From the IMG/VR virus record IMGVR_UViG_2700989551_000001: DNA of 64,000 bases. The stretch is one strand, 5' to 3'. Both the position numbers and the translations under genes were made by a program. Origin of the DNA: an uncultured virus (IMG/VR IMGVR_UViG_2700989551_000001). Its lineage: Duplodnaviria > Heunggongvirae > Uroviricota > Caudoviricetes. The notes under the pieces were generated by a model. That model made no database searches. It worked only from the letters and a program-made list of their open reading frames with translations, and was not told the origin of the DNA. Shown piece after piece: positions 30,621-39,174 of this stretch; position 1 is the stretch's first letter, and the number at the start of each line of letters is the position of its first letter.

Positions 30621-30668
30621 CGGCCTCCTTTCACGCGCGCGTATGCGTTCCGGGGCATAGGGGCGGGC

Positions 30669-33038
30669 ATGTGGTTCGAACTGGTTCCCGCGCCGCGCGC
30701 GGATGAGACGGATGACGATGTGAGGTTCCAGCGTGACGCGAAGGCCATGGCCGACGCGATCGGCTTGTCGTCGCGTCCCGGATGGCTGGACTGGTGGAGG
30801 CATGACGACGGGTGCCGTCTGGTGGCGGCCGGGGAACGCCGTTGGGTGGAGGTGTCCGACCGGTATGGGCAGAAGGCGGGCGAACTGGCGGCGCGTGCGG
30901 CGAACGCGTCGATCCGCGCGTGCGGGCGGCCGGACGTGCTGGACCGTCCCCGCGTGTGGGCGCACGCGTTCGTGCCGATCAGCGCGTCCCTGGCGCGTAC
31001 GGCGCGCGACGGGGAGCCGAGCATGGAGCGTCCCCGCCTGGATGCGGGCGAGGACACGGTGATCGTGGTGAACGTGCGCCGGCTCGGCTGGGTCGAGTCG
31101 GGCCGCCTGTCGGATTGGCTGGGCGACGAGTACAACATGCAGGCGGACACGTCGAAGCTCAGGGGCGAGGGGTTGGGCGCGTGCCGTGTGATGGCGGGCG
31201 GCGCGGATCCGCGTACGGCGATGGATCAGGCGAAGCGGGCGGCGAACGCGTTGAACCTGGGCCTGGTGCCGGGCCTGTCCGCGCATGTGAGCCGTCCCGG
31301 CCTGGGGTTCCTCCTGTGCATGCTCCTCCTGACGGCCGTGTCCGTGCCTGCCGTCATGCTCCCGCCCATGGCGCCCGGCTGGCTCATGGCCGTGCCTCTG
31401 CCCATGCTCGCCATGACGGCGGGGGCGGCGATCCGCTGGCGTCTGGTCCATGATCCCGTGAACGACCTGGCCCAGAGGCCCCGCCATTACTGGTGGCGTG
31501 CGCGCAGACGATGGGCGCGCGCCGCCGACCTGAAGACCCGGATGGCGGGCGACGATCAGAACGCGGACGGGCCGGACCGGAAGCGCCGCGTCCACGCGTA
31601 CACGTTCCAACGGTCCACGCTGCCGTTGCCGTGCGGCGCGCTGGCCGCCCTGGCGGCCCCGTCGGGCCGGCGCAACGCGTCGGTGAGCGCGCTGACGGTC
31701 ATGCCCGACCAGTTGGACGGGTGCGACGGTCCCGTCCTGGGCGTGGACGCGGAACGGCGCACGGTGCGCATGAGCGTGGACGCGTTGTACGGCGGCGTGT
31801 TCCTCATGGGCGAGCCCGGCGGCGGGAAAAGCAACATGATGCATGGGGTGGCCGGGTGGATGGGCGGCCGGCATCGGACGGGCGACGTGCTCGTCGACTT
31901 CGAATCGAAGGGCGTGGACGCGCAGCCCGTGCTGAAGCGTCTCATCCCGGGCCTGCTCGTCGTGGACGTGAACGATCCGGGCACGCCGATGATCGACCTG
32001 CTGGGCGCCGGGTCGAACGTGGAGCGTGCGGGCCGGTTCGCGGATCTCATGCAGGCCGCGTTGGGCGTCCAGCAGATCGGCCCCCAGTCGCGCATCCAGT
32101 TGCGTGACGCGACGTTCGTCGCCCTGGAGGGTCTGGCGGCGGCGGATCTGGGGGCGCGGTGCAACGCGTGCTCCGTTCCCGTGCCGGATGGCTGGGTCGA
32201 ATATGCGGCGCGCCTTTTGGGACGTAACGGGGTGATGGATGCGCGCATGCTGGGCCGTGCGAGCGTGTTCGCGTGCGACACGCGTGGGGTGCGGGACGCG
32301 GTGGAGCGATTGCATGGCGGCGTGTCGGACAAGGGGACGCCGAAGATCCGCGACGGGGAGCTCGCCGGCCTGCTGCGCGCGCCCATGAACAAGATGGACG
32401 TGCTCGCGTCCGCGGGCCGCGTGTTCGCGCCGTCCCGGCGCGTCCTGTCCTGGGCGTCCGTGATCCGCCGGTCCGCGCATGCGGGCGACGTGCGCATCAT
32501 GGTCAACCTGGGCGCCGCGATCCGGACGGGCGCGGACGGCCGGCATGCGGATCTGCCCGACGGGGCGCGCCGCCTGATCGGCGCGCTCCTGTTCCGCGGC
32601 CTGAAGGACGAGATCGTCGCCTCCTGCGCGGGCTGGCAGGCGCGGGGGCGCGCGGCGCGCATCCTGGTCGACGAGCTGACGGACGTGCTAGGCGCGGACG
32701 GCGACACGGGTGGCGGCAACGCGGACATCCTCGCCTGGCTGCGTGAGAAGGGGCGCGCGTACGGCGTGCAGCTGGTGGCGGGCACGCAGAACGCGGTCCA
32801 GTTGGAGGGCGGGCTGCTCGCCTCGGTGACCGGCCTGATGACGGTCGGCACGTTCGTGTTGCGCGCGGATCTGACGGCGGGCCCGTCCGCCGTGGCGGTC
32901 GGGTCGGATCCGGCGACGGTGCGCGGCCTGCCGTTGCACACGGTGCTGGTGCGCACCGTCGGCCCTCCCCCGGACATGGCGGGCCTGCCTCCCATGATCC
33001 TGTCCGTCCCCCATTTCGACGCGGGCGCGCCCGTGTGA
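30669..33038 (+). CDS. VirD4/TraD-like coupling ATPase
   Basis: Two TM helices; VFLMGEPGGGKS, DFESKG, ILVDEL, EKGRAYGVQLVAGTQ. Confidence 0.75.
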   Translation: MWFELVPAPRADETDDDVRFQRDAKAMADAIGLSSRPGWLDWWRHDDGCRLVAAGERRWVEVSDRYGQKAGELAARAANASIRACGRPDVLDRPRVWAHAFVPISASLARTARDGEPSMERPRLDAGEDTVIVVNVRRLGWVESGRLSDWLGDEYNMQADTSKLRGEGLGACRVMAGGADPRTAMDQAKRAANALNLGLVPGLSAHVSRPGLGFLLCMLLLTAVSVPAVMLPPMAPGWLMAVPLPMLAMTAGAAIRWRLVHDPVNDLAQRPRHYWWRARRRWARAADLKTRMAGDDQNADGPDRKRRVHAYTFQRSTLPLPCGALAALAAPSGRRNASVSALTVMPDQLDGCDGPVLGVDAERRTVRMSVDALYGGVFLMGEPGGGKSNMMHGVAGWMGGRHRTGDVLVDFESKGVDAQPVLKRLIPGLLVVDVNDPGTPMIDLLGAGSNVERAGRFADLMQAALGVQQIGPQSRIQLRDATFVALEGLAAADLGARCNACSVPVPDGWVEYAARLLGRNGVMDARMLGRASVFACDTRGVRDAVERLHGGVSDKGTPKIRDGELAGLLRAPMNKMDVLASAGRVFAPSRRVLSWASVIRRSAHAGDVRIMVNLGAAIRTGADGRHADLPDGARRLIGALLFRGLKDEIVASCAGWQARGRAARILVDELTDVLGADGDTGGGNADILAWLREKGRAYGVQLVAGTQNAVQLEGGLLASVTGLMTVGTFVLRADLTAGPSAVAVGSDPATVRGLPLHTVLVRTVGPPPDMAGLPPMILSVPHFDAGAPV

Positions 33039-33080
33039 CGCATACCCGGGTCGCAAACCGTTGTTTTGTGTGGAAAGGAC

Positions 33081-34157
33081 ATGATGGTGAGGGTATTGGT
33101 CGATGCGAGGGAGTTCGCGAACATGGTCGCGCATGCGGCGCGCGTGCTGGAGCGCGACAACCCGTATGTCGCGTTGGATGCCGCGGATGACGGCCTGGCG
33201 ATCGGCGCGGCGGGCGACAGCCAGTGGTCGCATGGCCGTGTGGACGCGACCGTCCTGGAGGCGGGTTCCGCGGTCGTGTCGGGCCTGTGGCTGAACGCGT
33301 TGGCGAACGCGATGCCGTCGGGCGAGATCGGCGTGGAGGCGGATGGCGTGTATCTGACGTTGCGTGGCGGCGAGGCGTCGCTGCGCATGCGTGTGGGCGA
33401 TGAGGGGGATCGTCCGGCCGAACCGGCCGCCCCGGAGCGGATGGTGCCCGTGGATGCCGACGCGTACGCCGCGTTGTGCGGCAGCGTCGCCCCGGAGGCG
33501 GGCAGCACGAGGGACCAGCCGGTCCTCGCGTCCGTCAGGTTCGTCGCGGCCGGCGGCCTGCTGACGGCGACGGCCACGAACCGGTACATGGCCGGCCGCA
33601 GGTCCATCCCGGTCGGCGGCGTGCCGGACGGCGAATGGCTGGCGGACGCGGATTGGGTGAAACGCAATGCGAAGGGGGTGAACGCGATCGGGTTCACGGA
33701 CCGGATGATGGTCGTGGATACGGGCGGGTTCACGGACGCGATCGTGCTGACCGCCGGACAGTATCCGATGGTGGACCGCCTGTTCGACAGGCCGGGGGAT
33801 CCGGCGGGCGTGGCGGTCGTGGACAGGCGTGCCCTGATGGATGCGGCGCGCATGCTGAAAAGCGTCTGCTTCGACTCGCGCATGGGCATCATCCCGCTGA
33901 TCCTGGACGAGCGGGACGGGATGCTTCGCGTCCGGTATGCGGGCGACGGGCAGGATGCGGATTCGCAGGGCGTGCGTCTCCTGGAGGCGGACATCACCGG
34001 GGATGTGGACGTGAAACTGAACGCGGATTACCTGCTGACCGTGCTTGCGGGCATGGATGCGGACAGGGTGTCGGTGGTGAAGACCCGTGAGATGAGCCCC
34101 GTCCTGTTCGAACAGGACGATTCCGCGGTGGAGCAATTGGTGATGCCCGTCCGTTAG
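33081..34157 (+). CDS. dnaN: DNA polymerase III beta sliding clamp homolog
   Basis: About 358 aa; PVLASVRF, ATATNRY, GQYP, LNADYLL, C-terminal LVMPVR; SD GAAAGGA. Confidence 0.88.
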   Translation: MMVRVLVDAREFANMVAHAARVLERDNPYVALDAADDGLAIGAAGDSQWSHGRVDATVLEAGSAVVSGLWLNALANAMPSGEIGVEADGVYLTLRGGEASLRMRVGDEGDRPAEPAAPERMVPVDADAYAALCGSVAPEAGSTRDQPVLASVRFVAAGGLLTATATNRYMAGRRSIPVGGVPDGEWLADADWVKRNAKGVNAIGFTDRMMVVDTGGFTDAIVLTAGQYPMVDRLFDRPGDPAGVAVVDRRALMDAARMLKSVCFDSRMGIIPLILDERDGMLRVRYAGDGQDADSQGVRLLEADITGDVDVKLNADYLLTVLAGMDADRVSVVKTREMSPVLFEQDDSAVEQLVMPVR

Positions 34158-34179
34158 GATTGTCCCCGACATGCGGGGG

Positions 34180-34221
34180 AAAGGGTGTCGCGTCCGTCCG
34201 GACGCGACACCCTTTTTTTTT
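34180..34221 (+). terminator. Intrinsic terminator after dnaN
   Basis: AAAGGGTGTCGCGTCC-GTCC-GGACGCGACACCCTTT followed by a T run. Confidence 0.9.
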
Positions 34222-34236
34222 GTTCGGTCCGGGCCG

Positions 34237-34923
34237 TCAGGGGCGCGTGTCGTGCGCGGCGAGCATCCTGTCGGCGAGGCTGTCCCCGGCGTCGCCGAGG
34301 GCCTGCGCCCAGCGTTGCCCCAACGGCTCCCCGTCGGCCGGCCCGGGCGTGTCCGGTCCCGGTTCCGTATCGTGATCCGTCTCGATGACGGGTCCGGGGT
34401 CGTCCGGTCCGGGCGTGTCCGGTCCGGGCGTGATTCCGGGCGTGGGCTCCGGCGTCGGAGCCGCCGAAGGCCCGGCCGGCTCCGGCGACGCGGCCTCGGC
34501 CATGGCCTGCCGGTCGAACGTGCGGCCCGCGGCGAGCACGATCATGTGCGTGGTCGCGAGCAGGGCGACCGGCGGCACGGTCATGATGACCGGCGGCACC
34601 CAGTCGGGCAGCAGCATCCCGTTGACCCGCACCGGATGCGCGTGCAGCGCGTTGCCGGCCAGGCTGATCACGCTGAACAGGACGAGCATGAGCCACGGGT
34701 ACAGGGTGCCCATGCGCCGCGTCTTGAACGCCCACGCCGCCCACGTGAACGCGAGCGTCGACCCGTCGATGATGATCGGGAACATCCACGCCAGCGACGC
34801 GTTGATCCCGCACGCGAGCCCGACGGCGCGCAACGCGTCGAAGCTGATGATGAACGCGAGCAGGGCGAGCACGACCGCGACCGTCACGCCCGGCCACATG
34901 CGCGCCTCGCGCCCCCCGTTCAC
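34237..34923 (-). CDS. DUF2637-like (SpdA-like) membrane protein
   Basis: AFIISFDALRAVG, AWMFPIIIDG, SLAGNALH, VPPVALL; GTG start coupled to the upstream stop. Confidence 0.75.
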   Translation of the reverse strand: MNGGREARMWPGVTVAVVLALLAFIISFDALRAVGLACGINASLAWMFPIIIDGSTLAFTWAAWAFKTRRMGTLYPWLMLVLFSVISLAGNALHAHPVRVNGMLLPDWVPPVIMTVPPVALLATTHMIVLAAGRTFDRQAMAEAASPEPAGPSAAPTPEPTPGITPGPDTPGPDDPGPVIETDHDTEPGPDTPGPADGEPLGQRWAQALGDAGDSLADRMLAAHDTRP

Positions 34924-35195
34924 ATGGCCTCCGTGAGTTCCGCGGCGATCCGGTTCAGGAGATGCGCGTGCTCGAGATCGCCCGTCCTCACGCACGTGTC
35001 GTACAGGCCGAGCGCCAGGGTGGCCGCATGCGACGGGTCCGCCGCCCGGGCGACGCGGGCCGGCTCCACGCCCGCCTCTTTGAACAGGTTCAGGGCATGA
35101 CGCGCCCTCGCCCGGCGTCGATCGTACTCGTTGTCCTCAAGCCAGGCCTCAATGACGCCGGCCAGGCGGCGCATGTCCTCGATCGTCTCGTCCAT
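34920..35195 (-). CDS. Small hypothetical protein
   Basis: SD AAAGGGG; coupled to the DUF2637-like gene. Confidence 0.65.
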   Translation of the reverse strand: MDETIEDMRRLAGVIEAWLEDNEYDRRRARARHALNLFKEAGVEPARVARAADPSHAATLALGLYDTCVRTGDLEHAHLLNRIAAELTEAM

Positions 35196-35270
35196 GGGTG
35201 GTCCCCTTTCTCGATGGTCAACCGTCCGGCCTTGTATGCGTCCCCCGGCCCCGCGCATAGCCCGGCATGC

Positions 35271-36566
35271 ATGAAACGTCTCCTGCCCTTCCTACTCGCC
35301 GCCAGCCCGCCGGCGCTCGTCCTGCTGCTCGCGCTCGCCATGGTGGTCGTGGGCGCGCCCGCGGGCATGACCGCCACCACCATGGCCACCATGGCGGACA
35401 TGGCCGACTGTACGGACGACACAGACACGACGGCCGCGGCGGCGACGGGGACGACGGTCACGCCCAACGACGTGGCCGTGTCCCTCGCCAGGGCGTTCGC
35501 CAAGGCCGGGTATTCGAGGGCGAGCACGGCGGGCGTGCTCGGCGTCATCCAGTTCGAATCGGGCATGAACCCCGCGCAGGAGCAGATCGGCGAACCCGAT
35601 CCCATGCTGCGCGGCTACGGGCTGAACCAGTGGACGCCGCGAAGCAAGATCCGCGACTGGATGGACGCGAACCACGTGTCGGGCGAGGATTCCGACGCGG
35701 ACGTGCAGATCCGCATGCTCGTCGCCACCGCGCAGACCGACTTCAACAACCATTTCCTCGCCGCCGTCAGGGCCGAGGGGCACGAGCCCACCGACAACGA
35801 CCTGCGCACATGGTGGCTGAAGGCCGACAATCCCGAGGATGCGGCCGTCGCCTGGATGGCCGGCTACGGGCGCCCCTACTGGGCGGACCGGCATGAGAAG
35901 GAACGCGAGCAGTACGCGCGCTCCTACTACGATTCGAAGGAGCTCGCCGACATCGACTTCCCGTCCGAATCGAATCCGGACGGGAAGAAGGACGCCGCCT
36001 CCCCGTCGGACACGTCGGACACGGACGCGTCATGCGACGCGGACGCGGACGATTCGTCCGACGGGGACGCGAAATACGGGGATGTGGGCGGCGCTCCCAC
36101 GAACACGCATGACTTCGGCTGGATGTGCGCCACGAAGCTGAAGATCTGCCATGCCGGGGACATGGGCGCCCCTCCCCTCGACTGGCAGGCCATGGGCGAC
36201 TACCAGTGCTACTGGTATTGGCTGGCCCGCTCCTGGCTGGTGCATGACGGGGACGTCATCAACCCGCACACGGCGAACGGCGGGCAACTGTCCGACTGGG
36301 CGGCGGGCACGAAGGGGTGGACGCGTTCCGACGAGCCCAGGCCGGGCGCGGGCGTCTGCTTCTGGGGCGGCGGCAACAACCACGTCGCGTTCGTGGAGAA
36401 GGTGGACAAGGATCCGTCCGGCTGGAAGATCATGATCAGCGAGGGCAACTTCAACGACGGGGGCGCGGGCCTGTGGACCAGCTACAACGCGCGCTGGCTG
36501 ACGAAAGGCGAATACGCGGCCGCCTCCGGCAACGGGTTCTTCTGGAAGGACAGCTGGAAGCTCTAG
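35271..36566 (+). CDS. Conjugative peptidoglycan hydrolase (phage tail lysozyme-like + CHAP; VirB1-like)
   Basis: N-terminal TM; AGVLGVIQFESG, GYGLNQWT; CHAP motifs QCYWY, NHVAFVE, ISEGN. Confidence 0.87.
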   Translation: MKRLLPFLLAASPPALVLLLALAMVVVGAPAGMTATTMATMADMADCTDDTDTTAAAATGTTVTPNDVAVSLARAFAKAGYSRASTAGVLGVIQFESGMNPAQEQIGEPDPMLRGYGLNQWTPRSKIRDWMDANHVSGEDSDADVQIRMLVATAQTDFNNHFLAAVRAEGHEPTDNDLRTWWLKADNPEDAAVAWMAGYGRPYWADRHEKEREQYARSYYDSKELADIDFPSESNPDGKKDAASPSDTSDTDASCDADADDSSDGDAKYGDVGGAPTNTHDFGWMCATKLKICHAGDMGAPPLDWQAMGDYQCYWYWLARSWLVHDGDVINPHTANGGQLSDWAAGTKGWTRSDEPRPGAGVCFWGGGNNHVAFVEKVDKDPSGWKIMISEGNFNDGGAGLWTSYNARWLTKGEYAAASGNGFFWKDSWKL

Positions 36567-37486
36567 CAGTAGCCCGGGTTCTGGCAGGACTGGCCGTCGC
36601 CGACCCGCACGGGGATGCTCCCCCACAGGCTCATGTCCACGTTTTCGTCGGCCATGAACCGGGTTTCGGGCGGGATGACGGTCAGCCCGTCGCCGGTCAG
36701 CGCCCCCCAGTCGGGTTCGCCCCTCACGGGGATGCCGACCCTTCCCCGGCCGTTCATCCGGTCGCCGATGCCCGTGTCCCATACGCCGAGCCACGGGTCG
36801 ATCCACCAGGGGTCGGCCTGCCGGTGGCGGATCCCCGTGATCCGCCCGTCCCGGACCGTGAGCCTGTCGTCCACCGGATAGTCGATCCAGGTGGGCGTGA
36901 TCCCCCACCAGTCGTCCACGTGCAACGTGTTCGGGTTCTGGTTGCCGGCCAGGTACATGAAGCGGACGGTGCCGGTCACGCGTACGCCCGTCCCGTCCGC
37001 GGCCGCGTGGGGCCCGTCCGTCCACCGGCTCCCGTACCCCCAGGCGATGCGGGCGAGCCATGCGGCCGCGTCGAGCCCGTCCGCGCACCAGGCGCGTTCG
37101 CCCGTGTCGCCGACCTGGTCGAGCCGCCGGTAGGCGCGGCATGCGGGGTTGGCGGCGTGCGGGCCCGCGTCCGCCTGGCGGGCGGGCAGGTTCTCGCCCG
37201 TGGCCGGATCGTCCGCGGGCGGCGTGCCGTGCAGTGAGGCGAGCACGCTTCCCGCGTCCTTTCGCGCGAGCGTGTCGGCGCGGATGGTGCTGTCGGCGCC
37301 CCATTCGCGCAGGCGTCTCTCGAACGCCGCGGCGTGTTCGACGGTCTTCGCGTCGGGCGCGGCCGTCACGGCCTGCGGTTTCGTCCCGGTCTTCCCCGTG
37401 TCGGTCTCCTGCCGCGCGCATCCGGCGGTCAGGATGACGCCGGCGAGCGTGGCGACGGCTATGAGGGTGCGCGATTGTGGTCTCAT
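36563..37486 (-). CDS. Lipoprotein, probably transfer-associated
   Basis: Lipobox ILTAG-C after a hydrophobic stretch. Confidence 0.75.
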   Translation of the reverse strand: MRPQSRTLIAVATLAGVILTAGCARQETDTGKTGTKPQAVTAAPDAKTVEHAAAFERRLREWGADSTIRADTLARKDAGSVLASLHGTPPADDPATGENLPARQADAGPHAANPACRAYRRLDQVGDTGERAWCADGLDAAAWLARIAWGYGSRWTDGPHAAADGTGVRVTGTVRFMYLAGNQNPNTLHVDDWWGITPTWIDYPVDDRLTVRDGRITGIRHRQADPWWIDPWLGVWDTGIGDRMNGRGRVGIPVRGEPDWGALTGDGLTVIPPETRFMADENVDMSLWGSIPVRVGDGQSCQNPGYC

Positions 37487-37521
37487 GCGCGACGCCTATG
37501 CGCGCATAGGCGTCGCGCATG
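37484..37521. promoter_or_regulatory. Perfect 38-bp palindrome forming the whole intergenic region; back-to-back CGCATAG motifs
   Basis: CATGCGCGACGCCTATGCG|CGCATAGGCGTCGCGCATG; both ends are start codons of divergent genes. Confidence 0.85.
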
Positions 37522-38898
37522 CCGTTCAATCCTTTCGCCGCCGGTCCCGCCGAACCCGTCGCGGAGCCGTCGCCGGCGGAGCCGGCCGATGGGGGCGCGA
37601 CGCGGGAATCCGACGTCGACGACGGCTGGTGGGATTTCGGGAGCGGACCGGATGCGGCGGACGCGACGCCGGACCCCGATCCGGCGGACGCCGCGGCGGA
37701 CGACGGCCGGCGGGATGCGGACGGGAGGGGCGGGCAATCCGAAGACGCGCCCGATCCCATGCCGGACGACGGGGCGGACGACGACTGGTGGGGCATGGCC
37801 TCCGATGCGGGAGGGGACGACGCGCCCCCGGCCCGGACGGCGCGGGACCCCGCCGGACCCGCCGCCCATGCGGGCGACGACACGGATGCGGACGACGACT
37901 GGTGGGGCATGGCCGGCGGGGAGGCCATGCCGGGCCCGCCGGCCGGGATCCCGGCGCGCACGGGGACGGACGAGACCCCCGGCATGGACGCGGACGACGA
38001 CTGGTGGGGCATGGCCGGCGGGGACGGGCCGCGATCCGACGACGCCGATCCGACGCCGCGGCTCGTCAGCGTGCCCGGCACCAGCGTGCGCATCCCCGCG
38101 GACTTCGACTGGGGCACCGACACCCCCGCGGCCGGGCCGGCCGACGGCGTGCGGGAGCCCGCCCCGGCCCCCGCACGCCGGCCCGGCCCGTCGCGCCGCA
38201 TCCTCATCGCCGCCACGGCCGCCATCCTCGCCCTCGCCCTCCTGGCGGGCGGCGTCGTCGCGGCGCGCACGCTCATCGCCTCCGACCGGCAGCGGAAGGC
38301 CCACGACGAGGCGTGCGCGACGCTCACCGCGCAGGCCGGAACATGGGACGGGCTCGCACGGCAGGCGAAGACGCTCGGCGTGAAACCCGGCGACGGGCCC
38401 GACACGTCCTGCAAGGCGGACACGGACACGCTCAAGGCCCGGGCCCGCACGCTCAAGGCCCGGGCCCGCACCCTCGCCAGGGCGAACCGGAACGCGCTGG
38501 ACGCCGCATGGGAAAACCTGTCCGGCCGGATCGCGGCAAGCCGCAAGAACCATCCGAAGGCCGGCGGGCAGACGCTCGCCGCGCTCGAAACGCTCGCCGA
38601 GACCGCGCCCGAGGACGCGGACGGCCTGGCCGCGAAGGAACGCGAATTCGAACGGCTCGACAAGCAGGCCGGACAGGAGCAGCAGCAGGCCGAACAGGAG
38701 GAGAAGGCGGAGGCCGAGGCGCGACAGGAGGCCGAACGGGAGGCCGAGGCGCGACGGGAGGCCGAGGCGCAGGACACGCCCCAGGCCGCCGCCCCCACGC
38801 CGGCGCCCATGCCGCAGACCACCCCCACGCCGGCCCCGCAGCCCACGCCGACACCCACACCCACACCGGCGCCCGGCAACGCGGACGCCAGCATGTGA
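37519..38898 (+). CDS. Bitopic membrane protein with acidic disordered N-terminus (DDDWWGMA repeats)
   Basis: Three 27-bp repeats at 37774, 37888 and 37990; TM ILIAATAAILALALLAGGVV; PT-rich tail. Confidence 0.75.
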   Translation: MPFNPFAAGPAEPVAEPSPAEPADGGATRESDVDDGWWDFGSGPDAADATPDPDPADAAADDGRRDADGRGGQSEDAPDPMPDDGADDDWWGMASDAGGDDAPPARTARDPAGPAAHAGDDTDADDDWWGMAGGEAMPGPPAGIPARTGTDETPGMDADDDWWGMAGGDGPRSDDADPTPRLVSVPGTSVRIPADFDWGTDTPAAGPADGVREPAPAPARRPGPSRRILIAATAAILALALLAGGVVAARTLIASDRQRKAHDEACATLTAQAGTWDGLARQAKTLGVKPGDGPDTSCKADTDTLKARARTLKARARTLARANRNALDAAWENLSGRIAASRKNHPKAGGQTLAALETLAETAPEDADGLAAKEREFERLDKQAGQEQQQAEQEEKAEAEARQEAEREAEARREAEAQDTPQAAAPTPAPMPQTTPTPAPQPTPTPTPTPAPGNADASM

Positions 38899-38913
38899 CG
38901 CATACCCGACCCC

Positions 38914-39174
38914 ATGAACGACGCATACGAACGACTCACCATCGGCCAGGCGCAGACCCTGGCCCGCATCATCGACGGCCTGCGCGACCACGGGTTCGAC
39001 CCCGACGGGCAGGGCATCCACACGCCCAACCTGCACGTCGAACCCGGGGACGGGACACGCGTCAACTGGTGGCTCGACGGCGACACGGCGTTCGCCAACG
39101 GCAGCATGGACGCGCAGGGGCACGGCGTATGGTGGACGCGCCGCGCCTACGCGCCCACCCTGCGACGCTCCTAA
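38914..39174 (+). CDS. Small hypothetical protein
   Basis: Preceded by GACGCATAC at the 9-nt spacing; natural composition. Confidence 0.7.
   Translation: MNDAYERLTIGQAQTLARIIDGLRDHGFDPDGQGIHTPNLHVEPGDGTRVNWWLDGDTAFANGSMDAQGHGVWWTRRAYAPTLRRS

Noticed and set aside
35271..36566. Prophage (tail lysozyme, primase, methylases)
   Set aside because: No capsid, terminase, portal or tail genes. The lysozyme-CHAP fusion sits with VirB4/VirD4-like genes, as in conjugative elements.
37774..38016. Mini CRISPR array from three 27-bp direct repeats
   Set aside because: The repeats are in frame within a coding sequence (ADDDWWGMA) and the 75-87-bp spacers encode continuous protein.
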